Below, one piece after another: positions 15,756-23,764 of a DNA stretch of 64,000 bases. Below the pieces are notes generated by a model, which saw nothing but the letters and a program-made list of their open reading frames with translations, was not told the origin of the DNA and searched no databases. Position 1 is the first letter of the stretch, and each line of letters begins with the position of its first letter. The position numbers were made by a program, and so were the translations under genes. This stretch comes from a bacterium (lineage in GTDB: Bacteria; UBA10199; 2-02-FULL-44-16; JAAZCA01), in NCBI GenBank assembly GCA_041648665.1, contig JBAZOP010000002.1:50262-114261 (forward strand), written 5' to 3'.

Positions 15756-16928
15756 TCACGCACCCACGAGTCCCAGCGCCTGCTTGCATCGCTCCACCTC
15801 CTCTGGATCTCCCGAGTGCTTCGTGGGCACATCGGACAGCTTGACCGCGGGGCGCCACGGATTGGTCGGCCACGCCCGCGCCCGCGTCATCTTGATAACC
15901 ATGTTGAGGGGCCGCACCCCCGGGACGTCGCAGGTCAGCGACGTGCCAAGGAGGAACCGCGCCCCGATGCGTCCCTCCATCGCTGACCGAATCGCCTGGA
16001 CGTCGTCCAGGCCCAGGCCGTCGGAGAAGACCATGACCTTCGACCGTGGGTCGATGCCGAGCCGCTCGTAGTGGGCGATCACCTGCTGCGCGCACAGGAG
16101 CGGATCCCCAGAGTCCTGCCGCACGCCGTCGTAGATCCGCGCCCGGAGCCCGTTGAAGGCCCGCAAGAACACCGGCGTCGTGTAGGTGTCCAGGAGCCCG
16201 ATCCCGAGCGCTCCCCGGTAGGTCTCCACCCAGCGGTCGAGCGCGATCGCCGTCGCCTCCTCGTAGCCGAGGATTGCGCCATGGTACATGGTCCACTCGT
16301 GCGCCACGGTGCCCACGCAGGGGAGCCCCATCTCCAGTGCCATGCCCACGTTGCTGGTGGGGATGTTCAGGGCCGCGAGGACCCGCTGGTGTATCTCCCG
16401 CGAGAAGCGGCGCCGCGTGCCGCCCTCGACCACCGGCAGTTGATCCCGGCGGATGAGCAAGCCCTTGGCCGCCGCCCGGTTCACTACGTCCGCGTCGCGG
16501 GCGGGCAGGCTGCCCCCGTGCGACAGCAGGTGGTAGCGCTCGGAGATCAGCGCCATCAGCGGAACCTCCCAGAGCACGGTGCGCAGCCATGGACCGCGCA
16601 CGATCAGACGCAGACGGCGCTCCTCGTCCAAGCTGCACTCCACGATCTCGGACGGGTCGAAGCGGTAGCGCGCCAAGAAGGAGCGGTACCACGGCTGCAC
16701 CGGCAGGACGCGCCCCAGGCCGTCAACCTCGGACTCGGTGAGCGCTGGAGCCGCGACCAGCTCCTCATCGATCCAGCTGCGCAGCTGGGCAAAGGCGGCA
16801 GGCCACGCCACAGGCGTCCGCACGATCAGCTCGTACTCCGCCTCCGCCTGGGGGTAGTGCTGCCCGATGGCTTGCTGCATCGAAAACTTGTAGAGGTCGG
16901 TATCGAGCAAGTGCATCACACGCTCCAT
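15756..16928 (-). CDS. pncB: nicotinate phosphoribosyltransferase (PncB/NAPRTase family)
   Basis: N-terminal LLDTDLYKFSMQQA is the NAPRTase signature. 390 aa. Confidence 0.75.
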   Translation of the reverse strand: MERVMHLLDTDLYKFSMQQAIGQHYPQAEAEYELIVRTPVAWPAAFAQLRSWIDEELVAAPALTESEVDGLGRVLPVQPWYRSFLARYRFDPSEIVECSLDEERRLRLIVRGPWLRTVLWEVPLMALISERYHLLSHGGSLPARDADVVNRAAAKGLLIRRDQLPVVEGGTRRRFSREIHQRVLAALNIPTSNVGMALEMGLPCVGTVAHEWTMYHGAILGYEEATAIALDRWVETYRGALGIGLLDTYTTPVFLRAFNGLRARIYDGVRQDSGDPLLCAQQVIAHYERLGIDPRSKVMVFSDGLGLDDVQAIRSAMEGRIGARFLLGTSLTCDVPGVRPLNMVIKMTRARAWPTNPWRPAVKLSDVPTKHSGDPEEVERCKQALGLVGA

Positions 16929-16957
16929 TCCCGTTCGTTCATGCCTCTACGCCTGAT

Positions 16958-17536
16958 TCACCTGATGGACGCCGTGGCCCCGGCCTCGGCCAGGAGCCTC
17001 ACCGCCCGATCCGCCTCCTCCTTCGACACGCCCATCATCACCGTCGAAGGGGCGCAGTCGGTGAGGTCTTTGGAGTCCTTCAGCCCCAGGCCGGTCAACT
17101 CCCGGATCTCCTTGATGACGTTGATCTTCCTTTCGCCCACCATCTGCAAGATCACGTCGTACTTCTGCTCGGCAGATCCCGGGTGCAACCCCGCGTCCAC
17201 CTCTTTCAGGAACGCAGGCACATCGACAACGCTGCCACGCAGGTCGGCGATGGCCGCGAGGAGGCGCAGGTGATCGATCGGATCCGGCATTCGCAACCTG
17301 TCGAGGATGTCGGCGACACGCTCCCTCTGCTCGTCATCCTCCATCGCCTCCTTGGCGAGGATGCTTCTCTGTTCCTCCAAATCGTAGATTTTCTCGCGGA
17401 ACGCATCGTTCTCCGCCCGGAGTTGCGGGAGATGCTCCCGGAGGGTCGCGATCTCCGCTTCCATCTCGTCCGCCGTCTGCTGCTTCTTCTTCTTCTCGGC
17501 CATGGCATCCTCCTGTTTCGTTGTTTTGCTACCCAC
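16958..17536 (-). CDS. coiled-coil protein with ribosomal protein bL12 (L7/L12) C-terminal-domain homologue
   Basis: The C-terminus KINVIKEIRELTGLGLKDSKDLTDCAPSTVMMGVSKEEADRAVRLLAEAGATASI aligns with the L7/L12 CTD ([47 protein letters not shown]). The N-terminus is charged coiled coil. Confidence 0.6.
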   Translation of the reverse strand: MGSKTTKQEDAMAEKKKKQQTADEMEAEIATLREHLPQLRAENDAFREKIYDLEEQRSILAKEAMEDDEQRERVADILDRLRMPDPIDHLRLLAAIADLRGSVVDVPAFLKEVDAGLHPGSAEQKYDVILQMVGERKINVIKEIRELTGLGLKDSKDLTDCAPSTVMMGVSKEEADRAVRLLAEAGATASIR

Positions 17537-17999
17537 GCGCCCCGTCGTCCGCCAGCTCCCCGTCGCGGTCCTCGGACGCGCGCAGGCAGTCCTCGCAGAT
17601 ATCGCCTACTGCGCCGAACGGGATCGGCTCCCCGCAGTCGTAGCACTCCCGGTCGAGCTGCCCGGCCTCCCGCGCCGCATCGAAGGCGCCCTCGGTGGGC
17701 GGGAAGACCAGGTCCGGGTCGTCGATCCGCATCATCATCACCTTCACCGGCACGTAGCGCTGGAGCGCGCGCCAGACCGCGCGCTGCAGGTCCGTCGCTC
17801 GCGTCTCCGGCGCGCACCCCCCGGTGAGGTAGCCGTCCCCGTGGCCGTGGACGCTGAAGCGGACCGGCTGGCCCGGTGGCGCCCACATGTCGCACTCCAG
17901 GGACAGGTTCCACTCCTCCTCCAGCGCCTCCTGCGCCATCCGCTGCTCCCGCTGGGATGCCACCTCCACGTCCACCCACACACGGTATTCTCGGCTCAT
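17529..17999 (-). CDS. hypothetical protein with C-terminal zinc ribbon (CYDCG...CEDC)
   Basis: Start MSREYRV overlaps the upstream stop as ATGA. Confidence 0.45.
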   Translation of the reverse strand: MSREYRVWVDVEVASQREQRMAQEALEEEWNLSLECDMWAPPGQPVRFSVHGHGDGYLTGGCAPETRATDLQRAVWRALQRYVPVKVMMMRIDDPDLVFPPTEGAFDAAREAGQLDRECYDCGEPIPFGAVGDICEDCLRASEDRDGELADDGARG

Positions 18000-18271
18000 G
18001 CGTCCTCCTTGCCGAACAACTTGGCGAGCAGCATGGACGCCGCCGCGTGCCAGCCCGCACGCTCCAGCGCGGCGCACACCTCGCCCTGCACGGCCGTCAC
18101 GCCGCTGTCCCAGCCGCTCTCCCAGGCCGCCCGAACCAGCGCCCCCCGGGCATCCTCCGGCCAGCGCCCGCGAGTCTCTGGCACCAGGCGCGCCAGGCAG
18201 AGATCCCGCTCGGATCCGTGCTGCCGCTCAGCGATCTCGCTATCCTCGGTCCACCTGACGGTCTTGCTCAT
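17996..18271 (-). CDS. hypothetical protein
   Basis: 91-aa ORF inside the operon. Confidence 0.4.
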   Translation of the reverse strand: MSKTVRWTEDSEIAERQHGSERDLCLARLVPETRGRWPEDARGALVRAAWESGWDSGVTAVQGEVCAALERAGWHAAASMLLAKLFGKEDA

Positions 18272-18280
18272 GGTCGACTC

Positions 18281-18544
18281 CTAGAACGCCACGCACGCGC
18301 CCTGGTCGCATGGAGACCTGGGCAGCGACACCGCGCGCGCCAGATCCGCCACCGCGATCTCCAGGGCGTGGCGCACGTCCGCGTAGCACGCCTGCATCTC
18401 CACAGCCAGCTTGTCCCACGCCCACAGGCGCGCGTACACTGCATCGACGTGCTCCTCCGCCACCGCGAAGGCGTTCTCCAGTCCGCGCTCCTCCGCCACG
18501 GCCCGGGCCGTGGCCACCACCCGCTCCCTCACCTGCCGGTTCAC
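18281..18544 (-). CDS. hypothetical protein
   Basis: GTG start (VNRQVRE) overlaps the upstream stop as GTGA. The track N-terminal extension is low-complexity. Confidence 0.35.
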   Translation of the reverse strand: MNRQVRERVVATARAVAEERGLENAFAVAEEHVDAVYARLWAWDKLAVEMQACYADVRHALEIAVADLARAVSLPRSPCDQGACVAF

Positions 18545-18765
18545 CGGACCACCGCCCGCAGGAGGTACTGGGCGGCCGCGATCACCGCGATCATTCTCTC
18601 CCGCACCTCCGGGGGCGCCCCCAGTACCTCCTCGGCCGTCACGTGGGCCGCGTACTCCTCCATGTCGGAAGACACGCGGCGGAGGCGCACACGCAGATCC
18701 TGCGCGCGCTCCAGAGCTGCCGCCTGCGAATGCTGCTGCACATTGGCGCCATCGGTGTTCTTCAT
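18541..18765 (-). CDS. hypothetical protein (first gene of the long accessory operon)
   Basis: SD GGGAGGAAG directly downstream of the TTGACA-17-TAAGCT promoter. Confidence 0.45.
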   Translation of the reverse strand: MKNTDGANVQQHSQAAALERAQDLRVRLRRVSSDMEEYAAHVTAEEVLGAPPEVRERMIAVIAAAQYLLRAVVR

Positions 18766-18807
18766 CGCTTCCTCCCGGGCAGGGCATCTTCGACCCTGCC
18801 ACCGTGA

Positions 18808-18843
18808 GGATAGCTTAACCCGTTGTTATGCGTTTGTCAACAG
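18808..18843 (-). promoter_or_regulatory. promoter, TTGACA, 17 nt, TAAGCT (conserved motif family)
   Basis: CTGTTGACAAACGCATAACAACGGGTTAAGCTATCC on the minus strand. Confidence 0.5.
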
Positions 18844-18876
18844 AGAAAAAAGAAAAAAGCGCACACGTGTTCGCGC
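18844..18876 (-). terminator. intrinsic terminator: palindrome GCGCGAACACGTGTGCGC followed by a U-tract (TTTTTTCTTTTTT)
   Basis: On the minus strand the 18-bp palindrome is immediately followed by a 13-nt T-rich run and then the next promoter. Confidence 0.5.
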
Positions 18877-18881
18877 GCGGA

Positions 18882-19190
18882 TCAGGCGAACTTCTTGGCC
18901 ACGGCCTCGGCCATGCGGTTGACCTCGTCGGCGTACTTGCGGAGGGCGGGCACGAGGATGCTGTTGAACAGGTCCGGGGCCGCGCGGGTGGGCAAGCCAA
19001 TGCGCGAGTAGCCGTCCAGCTTCCGCTTTGCATTCGCGAACGCCGGCTGCAGGATCCGCTCCGCCTTGCTCTCCAGGGTATCGTACAGCTGCTTCGGATG
19101 CTCGATCATGCGACGCGCCTCGTCCTGCGGGTCCGGCGCATCCGGATCGACGGACGTCGCTTCCATCAACTGCTCGATCAGATGTCGCAT
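18882..19190 (-). CDS. MRHLIEQL-family small protein (paralogue 1)
   Basis: N-terminus MRHLIEQLMEA is shared with four other proteins in this window. Confidence 0.5.
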   Translation of the reverse strand: MRHLIEQLMEATSVDPDAPDPQDEARRMIEHPKQLYDTLESKAERILQPAFANAKRKLDGYSRIGLPTRAAPDLFNSILVPALRKYADEVNRMAEAVAKKFA

Positions 19191-19199
19191 GTGGTCCTC

Positions 19200-19532
19200 C
19201 TACGAGCGTCCAAGCGCCATCTTCGCTGCGTCGGTCCCGGGGGCGCGCAGCCTCTTCCCCACCTGTCTCCAGAGCACCTTCCAGGCCAGGTCCAGGACGG
19301 CGTCGGACCGCGGGCTGTCTATGCCTCCAGGAACAAGAGAAAAGATCTCTCCCTCCATGTCGCCCTCGAACTCCTCCATCGCGTTCTCGATGGCCGCCAC
19401 CAGCTTGTCCGCGAAGGGGCCCACCAGCCCCACCAGGTCCTTGGCCAACACGGTGCTGCTCGCCATCCCCTCGACCACGGAGGCGCTACCGTCGCGCATC
19501 ACGAAGTCGATCTGCTCGATCAGCCGTCTCAC
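19200..19532 (-). CDS. MRHLIEQL-family small protein (paralogue 2; GTG start, M-RRLIEQIDFV)
   Basis: The GTG start overlaps the upstream stop as GTGA. The track N-terminal extension is low-complexity. Confidence 0.45.
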   Translation of the reverse strand: MRRLIEQIDFVMRDGSASVVEGMASSTVLAKDLVGLVGPFADKLVAAIENAMEEFEGDMEGEIFSLVPGGIDSPRSDAVLDLAWKVLWRQVGKRLRAPGTDAAKMALGRS

Positions 19533-19894
19533 GACGCCACCATGCGCACGATCACGGGGTTGGCCGGGGCCACGACGCCCGCGGTGCCCGGGCTGGTCAC
19601 GCAGGCGAACGACAGGTGCGCGAAGCCCCACCCCTCGGGGACCACCACGCTGCGGCGCTGGTTGGCCGGCACGCGCACGACCAGCTCGGGCGCCGTCGTG
19701 CCCACGGTGGGCGCCGCGCTGTCGTACACCTTCAGGCACGCCTGATCAGCCGGGTTGCCCGTGTTGTCCACGTCGATCATGTAGAGGGTGCCCGCGCCGC
19801 CGGTCACGTCCGTGTCCGGCGTGACGCCCGCGCCCGTCTCCACGATCAGCTTGCTCCCCACCGGGGAGACCTGAGTCGAAACCGAAAGTGCCAT
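19529..19894 (-). CDS. hypothetical protein, possibly structural
   Basis: SD GAGAAGGA downstream of the TTGACA-17-TAATGT promoter. Ala/Val/Gly/Thr-rich beta-type composition. Confidence 0.45.
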   Translation of the reverse strand: MALSVSTQVSPVGSKLIVETGAGVTPDTDVTGGAGTLYMIDVDNTGNPADQACLKVYDSAAPTVGTTAPELVVRVPANQRRSVVVPEGWGFAHLSFACVTSPGTAGVVAPANPVIVRMVAS

Positions 19895-19911
19895 TTTTCA
19901 ATCCTTCTCGC

Positions 19912-19947
19912 ACCCACATTATCATATGGGTTTGCGTTTGTCAACCA
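19912..19947 (-). promoter_or_regulatory. promoter, TTGACA, 17 nt, TAATGT (conserved motif family)
   Basis: GGTTGACAAACGCAAACCCATATGATAATGTGGG on the minus strand. Confidence 0.5.
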
Positions 19948-20576
19948 TCCTGGCGCCACATGACGGCCTCGACGTCCAGGGTGGCGGGGACCCAGACCTC
20001 CCAGCGGGCGCTCGCCCAGGTGGTGCCGCGGGCCTCCTCGACCCAGGGCGCCCCCAGGGCCATCCGCGCCACCTCCGCGCCCCCCAGCCGCCACGCGCCG
20101 CGGTGGCCCCAGCCCACCAGCCGCCACAGGAAGTCCTCGGGGGTCAGCAGCCGCGTGAACGCGCTCCGCACCCGCTCCGCCCGCTCCTCGCCAACGGCCC
20201 GCAGCGCGGCCCCCAGGGCGAACCGCGCGCCGTCGTCGCAGGGGCTCGGGGCCGCCTGCGCCATGAACATCTCCGTCACCGCGCCGTCCACGCTCACGCC
20301 CGCGCCCCCGGCCCGGCTGGGGTGCACGTCGAACCGCGCCTCGCAGCGCACGCTGCCGTCCGCCTGGGGCGCCTGGCTGATGCGCTGGAGCACGCACGCC
20401 TCGGCGTCCCCCAGGGTCACCCGCAGCGGCGGCGGCCCGTCCGCCCAGCGCTCCCCATTGGGCAGCACGCCCTCGCGCAGCAGCCGGAGCGCCGCGCGGT
20501 AGGCCGGCGTCTCCACGAGGTCGGGCGTGCCGACCACCCGGAGCGCTGCCTCGCCCAACCGCCGAAGTCGTCCCAC
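19941..20576 (-). CDS. hypothetical protein
   Basis: 211-aa ORF. ATGA overlap with the upstream gene. Confidence 0.45.
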   Translation of the reverse strand: MGRLRRLGEAALRVVGTPDLVETPAYRAALRLLREGVLPNGERWADGPPPLRVTLGDAEACVLQRISQAPQADGSVRCEARFDVHPSRAGGAGVSVDGAVTEMFMAQAAPSPCDDGARFALGAALRAVGEERAERVRSAFTRLLTPEDFLWRLVGWGHRGAWRLGGAEVARMALGAPWVEEARGTTWASARWEVWVPATLDVEAVMWRQDG

Positions 20577-20578
20577 GG

Positions 20579-21220
20579 CTACGCCTCCCCTTCCAGCATG
20601 GCCAGCAGGCGTCCCATAGATCCCGCGTTGCTCTCCGCCACGTTCTTGCCCGCCGTGCTGATGCTCAGCGCGCCGCTCTTGGATCGCTTCAGCAACCCAC
20701 GCCGCACCAGCGCGTCCACCTCCGCAGGCTGCACGCGCTCGTGATCGAACACCTCCTTGCGCGCCGACGAGATGAGGCTCCGGATCGTGCGCAGGATCAT
20801 CTGCTCCCGGGGCGTCACCTCAGCGCCGGCCGGCAGCAGCGGCGCCAGGGCGTCCGGGTGCACGTAGACCGTGGCCATGGTCCGCGGGTGGCCCTGCGTG
20901 CCGACGACGATGGCGCCCCCAGGCGGGATGCGCACCGGCTTGTTGGCGAAGTCGATCTCCTGCGGGTCGTCCGGCCGCGCGCCCCCCCATCCGCCCCCGA
21001 GGTCGCGCGCGCGCCCGCTGGCGAGGTCCACCACCAGCACGAACCCCTTCTGGCCCTCCCCCGCGTAGGGGTTGGGCACCACGCTCTCCTGCGGCACCAC
21101 CGCGATGTCCGCCGCGCGGTACTCCACGCGCTTCAGCGCCGCCCGCAGGCTCGCTGGCAGATCACGCAGGGGCAGGTGTACCTGCCGCGCTTCCGTCATC
21201 CGCTGTAGCAAGTCCCGCAT
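20579..21220 (-). CDS. hypothetical protein
   Basis: Start taken at MRDLLQRM with SD GGAGGCGAG. The track start is a GTG inside the palindrome. Confidence 0.45.
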   Translation of the reverse strand: MRDLLQRMTEARQVHLPLRDLPASLRAALKRVEYRAADIAVVPQESVVPNPYAGEGQKGFVLVVDLASGRARDLGGGWGGARPDDPQEIDFANKPVRIPPGGAIVVGTQGHPRTMATVYVHPDALAPLLPAGAEVTPREQMILRTIRSLISSARKEVFDHERVQPAEVDALVRRGLLKRSKSGALSISTAGKNVAESNAGSMGRLLAMLEGEA

Positions 21221-21257
21221 GTCCGATCTCGCCTCCGTGCTGGCGAACACGTGTTCG

Positions 21258-21746
21258 CTACGCCCTCACCTCGCCCGCGATATCCTTCAGCTCGCCCGCC
21301 GCCTGCTCCAGGTCCCGCGCGAACGACGCTGCCATGTCCCGCGTGAACCGCGATCTGCCCACGTTGTCGGCGTAGGCCCGCGCCTTCTCGATGGCCCGCT
21401 CCAGCGTGGCCCGGATGCCCGCCGCCGTGATCGCCTCGTCCAGTCCCTCGGCCGCCAGCCGCCCCCGCACCGGGGGCGTGATGTCCACCACGGCCAGCTC
21501 GGTGTCGAAGATGGCCTTGGCCAGCCGGTCCAGGGCGTCCAGGGCGACCCGGAGCGCCCGCTTCACCTGCGGGCTGGCGGAGGCCACCTCCTCCTCCGGC
21601 TCCCCCTTGGCGATGGCCCGCATGGCCAGATCCCCCGCGAAGTTGCGCACCCGGCTCCCGAAGTCGTACACCTGCGCCTTGCGCACGTCGCGCGGGCCCA
21701 GCCGCTTGAATGCCGCCTCTTCCAACTGGCGTAGCAGTGATCGCAT
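21258..21746 (-). CDS. MRHLIEQL-family protein (paralogue 3; MRSLLRQLEEA)
   Basis: Internal ATG. Shares the family N-terminus. Confidence 0.45.
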   Translation of the reverse strand: MRSLLRQLEEAAFKRLGPRDVRKAQVYDFGSRVRNFAGDLAMRAIAKGEPEEEVASASPQVKRALRVALDALDRLAKAIFDTELAVVDITPPVRGRLAAEGLDEAITAAGIRATLERAIEKARAYADNVGRSRFTRDMAASFARDLEQAAGELKDIAGEVRA

Positions 21747-21759
21747 GGTACAACCTACC

Positions 21760-22044
21760 TCATTCGAAGGGCGCCCCATGGTCGAATTCCTTGGACCACA
21801 CCTTCTCCGCGAAGACTGGGAGCGCCTTGCAGGCAAACATCAGGTGCTCCTGGAGCGCGTCCAGCTCCTTCTCCGGCAGATCGGCCTCCACGATCCGGTC
21901 GATCAGGTCCCGCACCTGCCCCTCGATCTCGGCCCGCAGGTCGCGGACCGCCTTGGCCAGCGTGCGGAAGTTGTCGCGCCCCTCCGCCAGCGCCCCGGGG
22001 CGCCCGGTCACGGCCTCGTTGAGTTGATCGACCAGGTGTCGCAT
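21760..22044 (-). CDS. MRHLIEQL-family protein (paralogue 4; MRHLVDQLNEA)
   Basis: Internal ATG. ATGA overlap with 22047..22643. Confidence 0.45.
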   Translation of the reverse strand: MRHLVDQLNEAVTGRPGALAEGRDNFRTLAKAVRDLRAEIEGQVRDLIDRIVEADLPEKELDALQEHLMFACKALPVFAEKVWSKEFDHGAPFE

Positions 22045-22046
22045 CG

Positions 22047-22643
22047 CTACTCCTCCCATCCGTGAGCTTTGTTCCATTTGGTGGCTGCGTCCATGGCAAC
22101 GTCCCAGATCCAGTGCGTATCGTCATCCAGCCACTCGTCATGCCCCAGATCGTGCGCGACGTTCTCCGCGATCTGCGTCGCGTTGGCTTCCTCGTCATCT
22201 TCCAGGTCGCGCAGCTCGCGGGTCGCAGCCGCCTGCGCCTTGCGGATCAACGCGAACTGCTTCTGCTTCCACGCCTCCTGGTCCTTCTTAAAGCGCAAGC
22301 CGTCCGCGGCGCCCCACCCGCGCGGCAGAGTCAGGAAACGCTCCAGCGTTCCCTCCTCCAGCCGCCGCAGTAACTGATCCATGCTCTCTTCTTTCCCCTT
22401 CCGGCCGCGCTGCACGGCCCGCTCGAAGGCGCCCGCCTTCGCCCCCATGTCATCCTGGCCCTTGAAGTGCTTCTCGCGAGCGGCCCCCCGGGGCGTCTGC
22501 GTGCGCGCCCCCGGCTGGCTGTACCCGCTCTTCTGGCTCTGCGCCGTGCAGATGGCGAAGGCCGCGCCCAGGTCCTTCCCCTGACCGCTGACGTCCGCCA
22601 CGCACCGCTGCATGAACCGTGATTGCTTGCGGGGACCGGGCAT
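22047..22643 (-). CDS. hypothetical charged protein
   Basis: 198-aa ORF. Confidence 0.45.
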   Translation of the reverse strand: MPGPRKQSRFMQRCVADVSGQGKDLGAAFAICTAQSQKSGYSQPGARTQTPRGAAREKHFKGQDDMGAKAGAFERAVQRGRKGKEESMDQLLRRLEEGTLERFLTLPRGWGAADGLRFKKDQEAWKQKQFALIRKAQAAATRELRDLEDDEEANATQIAENVAHDLGHDEWLDDDTHWIWDVAMDAATKWNKAHGWEE

Positions 22644-22664
22644 GGGCGACCTCCTCCGAGGAGG

Positions 22665-23171
22665 TTACAGCAACCCGAAGATTTTCACAAGGAACAGCCC
22701 GACCACCACCGCGACAGCGATCACTGACCCTACCACCCACGCCACCCACGGCACCCCACGCGGCGCCAACTCACCCGAAGCCCGCTCGCGCTCCGCTCGC
22801 AGGTCCACCACCTTGCTGATCTCTCGACCCACGTCGATGTCACCGCTGTCCGACTCCGCTTTCTTCTTGGCCCGCCAGTGCGCAGGACACGACTCGACGT
22901 GGGCCTCGATAGCCTTGCCGATCTCCTCATGCACCGTCTTGATGTCCGGCTGCACATCGGCGCGGATCGTGTGCCACAAGCTCTTGATGCTAGACCCGTG
23001 CTCGCCCTGCTCGCGGATGAACGTCTTCACGTCCTTTCGCAGCTCGCGCACCTCCCCCAGCAACGTCGCGTTCTGCTGGGTCAGCATGGCGAACATCCGC
23101 GAGCACCCGGGGCGAATATCATCTGGAATTGAAAGATCTGGGGCCGGAGCGTAGCTGGATCCGTTTCCCAC
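22665..23171 (-). CDS. hypothetical protein with C-terminal transmembrane anchor
   Basis: C-terminus VAWVVGSVIAVAVVVGLFLVKIFGLL. Confidence 0.45.
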   Translation of the reverse strand: MGNGSSYAPAPDLSIPDDIRPGCSRMFAMLTQQNATLLGEVRELRKDVKTFIREQGEHGSSIKSLWHTIRADVQPDIKTVHEEIGKAIEAHVESCPAHWRAKKKAESDSGDIDVGREISKVVDLRAERERASGELAPRGVPWVAWVVGSVIAVAVVVGLFLVKIFGLL

Positions 23172-23234
23172 TTGTGACTCCTATGCAGATGCCGTCAGTA
23201 GGCTCATGCAAGGCACGGAACAAATGGCTACAGC

Positions 23235-23687
23235 CTACGTCAGGCGCCAGCCGATGGAGTGGAACAGGTCGGCCGAGGTCGGACCACCAGCGTCGGCCTG
23301 CGTCCAGATCACCGTGATCAGGTCGCCCGCCACGAAGTCGTCCGCCGCCGGGTCCACGGCGCCCTGCTCCACGCCAGTGCCAGAAGCCGCGTTGATCACG
23401 TACGGCGCCGTCAGGCAGCTCACGCCGCCGATCTGCACGTCGATCGTGACCGTCTCGCCAGCCGCACACCCGGTTCCGAGCGCCGCAGCCGCAGACAGGA
23501 TGGTCCCGGCCGCGGGGGCGATGAAGCTGTTGACGGTAGTCGGGCCACCGACGAGAGCGCCCGCCACGATGTCCGACTTGGCGCCAGGTCCACGGCCAGC
23601 GGCGATGTCCGCAACCGCTGCAGCAGCATCGACGATCGCATCACGCACATCGTGGGAAACAAGTTGTCCAATCATTTCTTCCTCCAT
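23235..23687 (-). CDS. hypothetical protein sharing a C-terminal domain with 23765..24922
   Basis: AAGTILSAAAALGTGCAAGETVTIDVQIGGVS...FVAGDLITVIWTQ compares with AAGTIVACSAETGTAAAAGESMTFDVQIAGVS...FAAGELITVVRTY. Confidence 0.45.
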   Translation of the reverse strand: MEEEMIGQLVSHDVRDAIVDAAAAVADIAAGRGPGAKSDIVAGALVGGPTTVNSFIAPAAGTILSAAAALGTGCAAGETVTIDVQIGGVSCLTAPYVINAASGTGVEQGAVDPAADDFVAGDLITVIWTQADAGGPTSADLFHSIGWRLT

Positions 23688-23764
23688 CCGTGGTCGCTAC
23701 GTGCGCCACGATCGATCCAGTTGTTGCACTAGGGGCGACCGCAGCCGCCCCAGATCACGATCCG

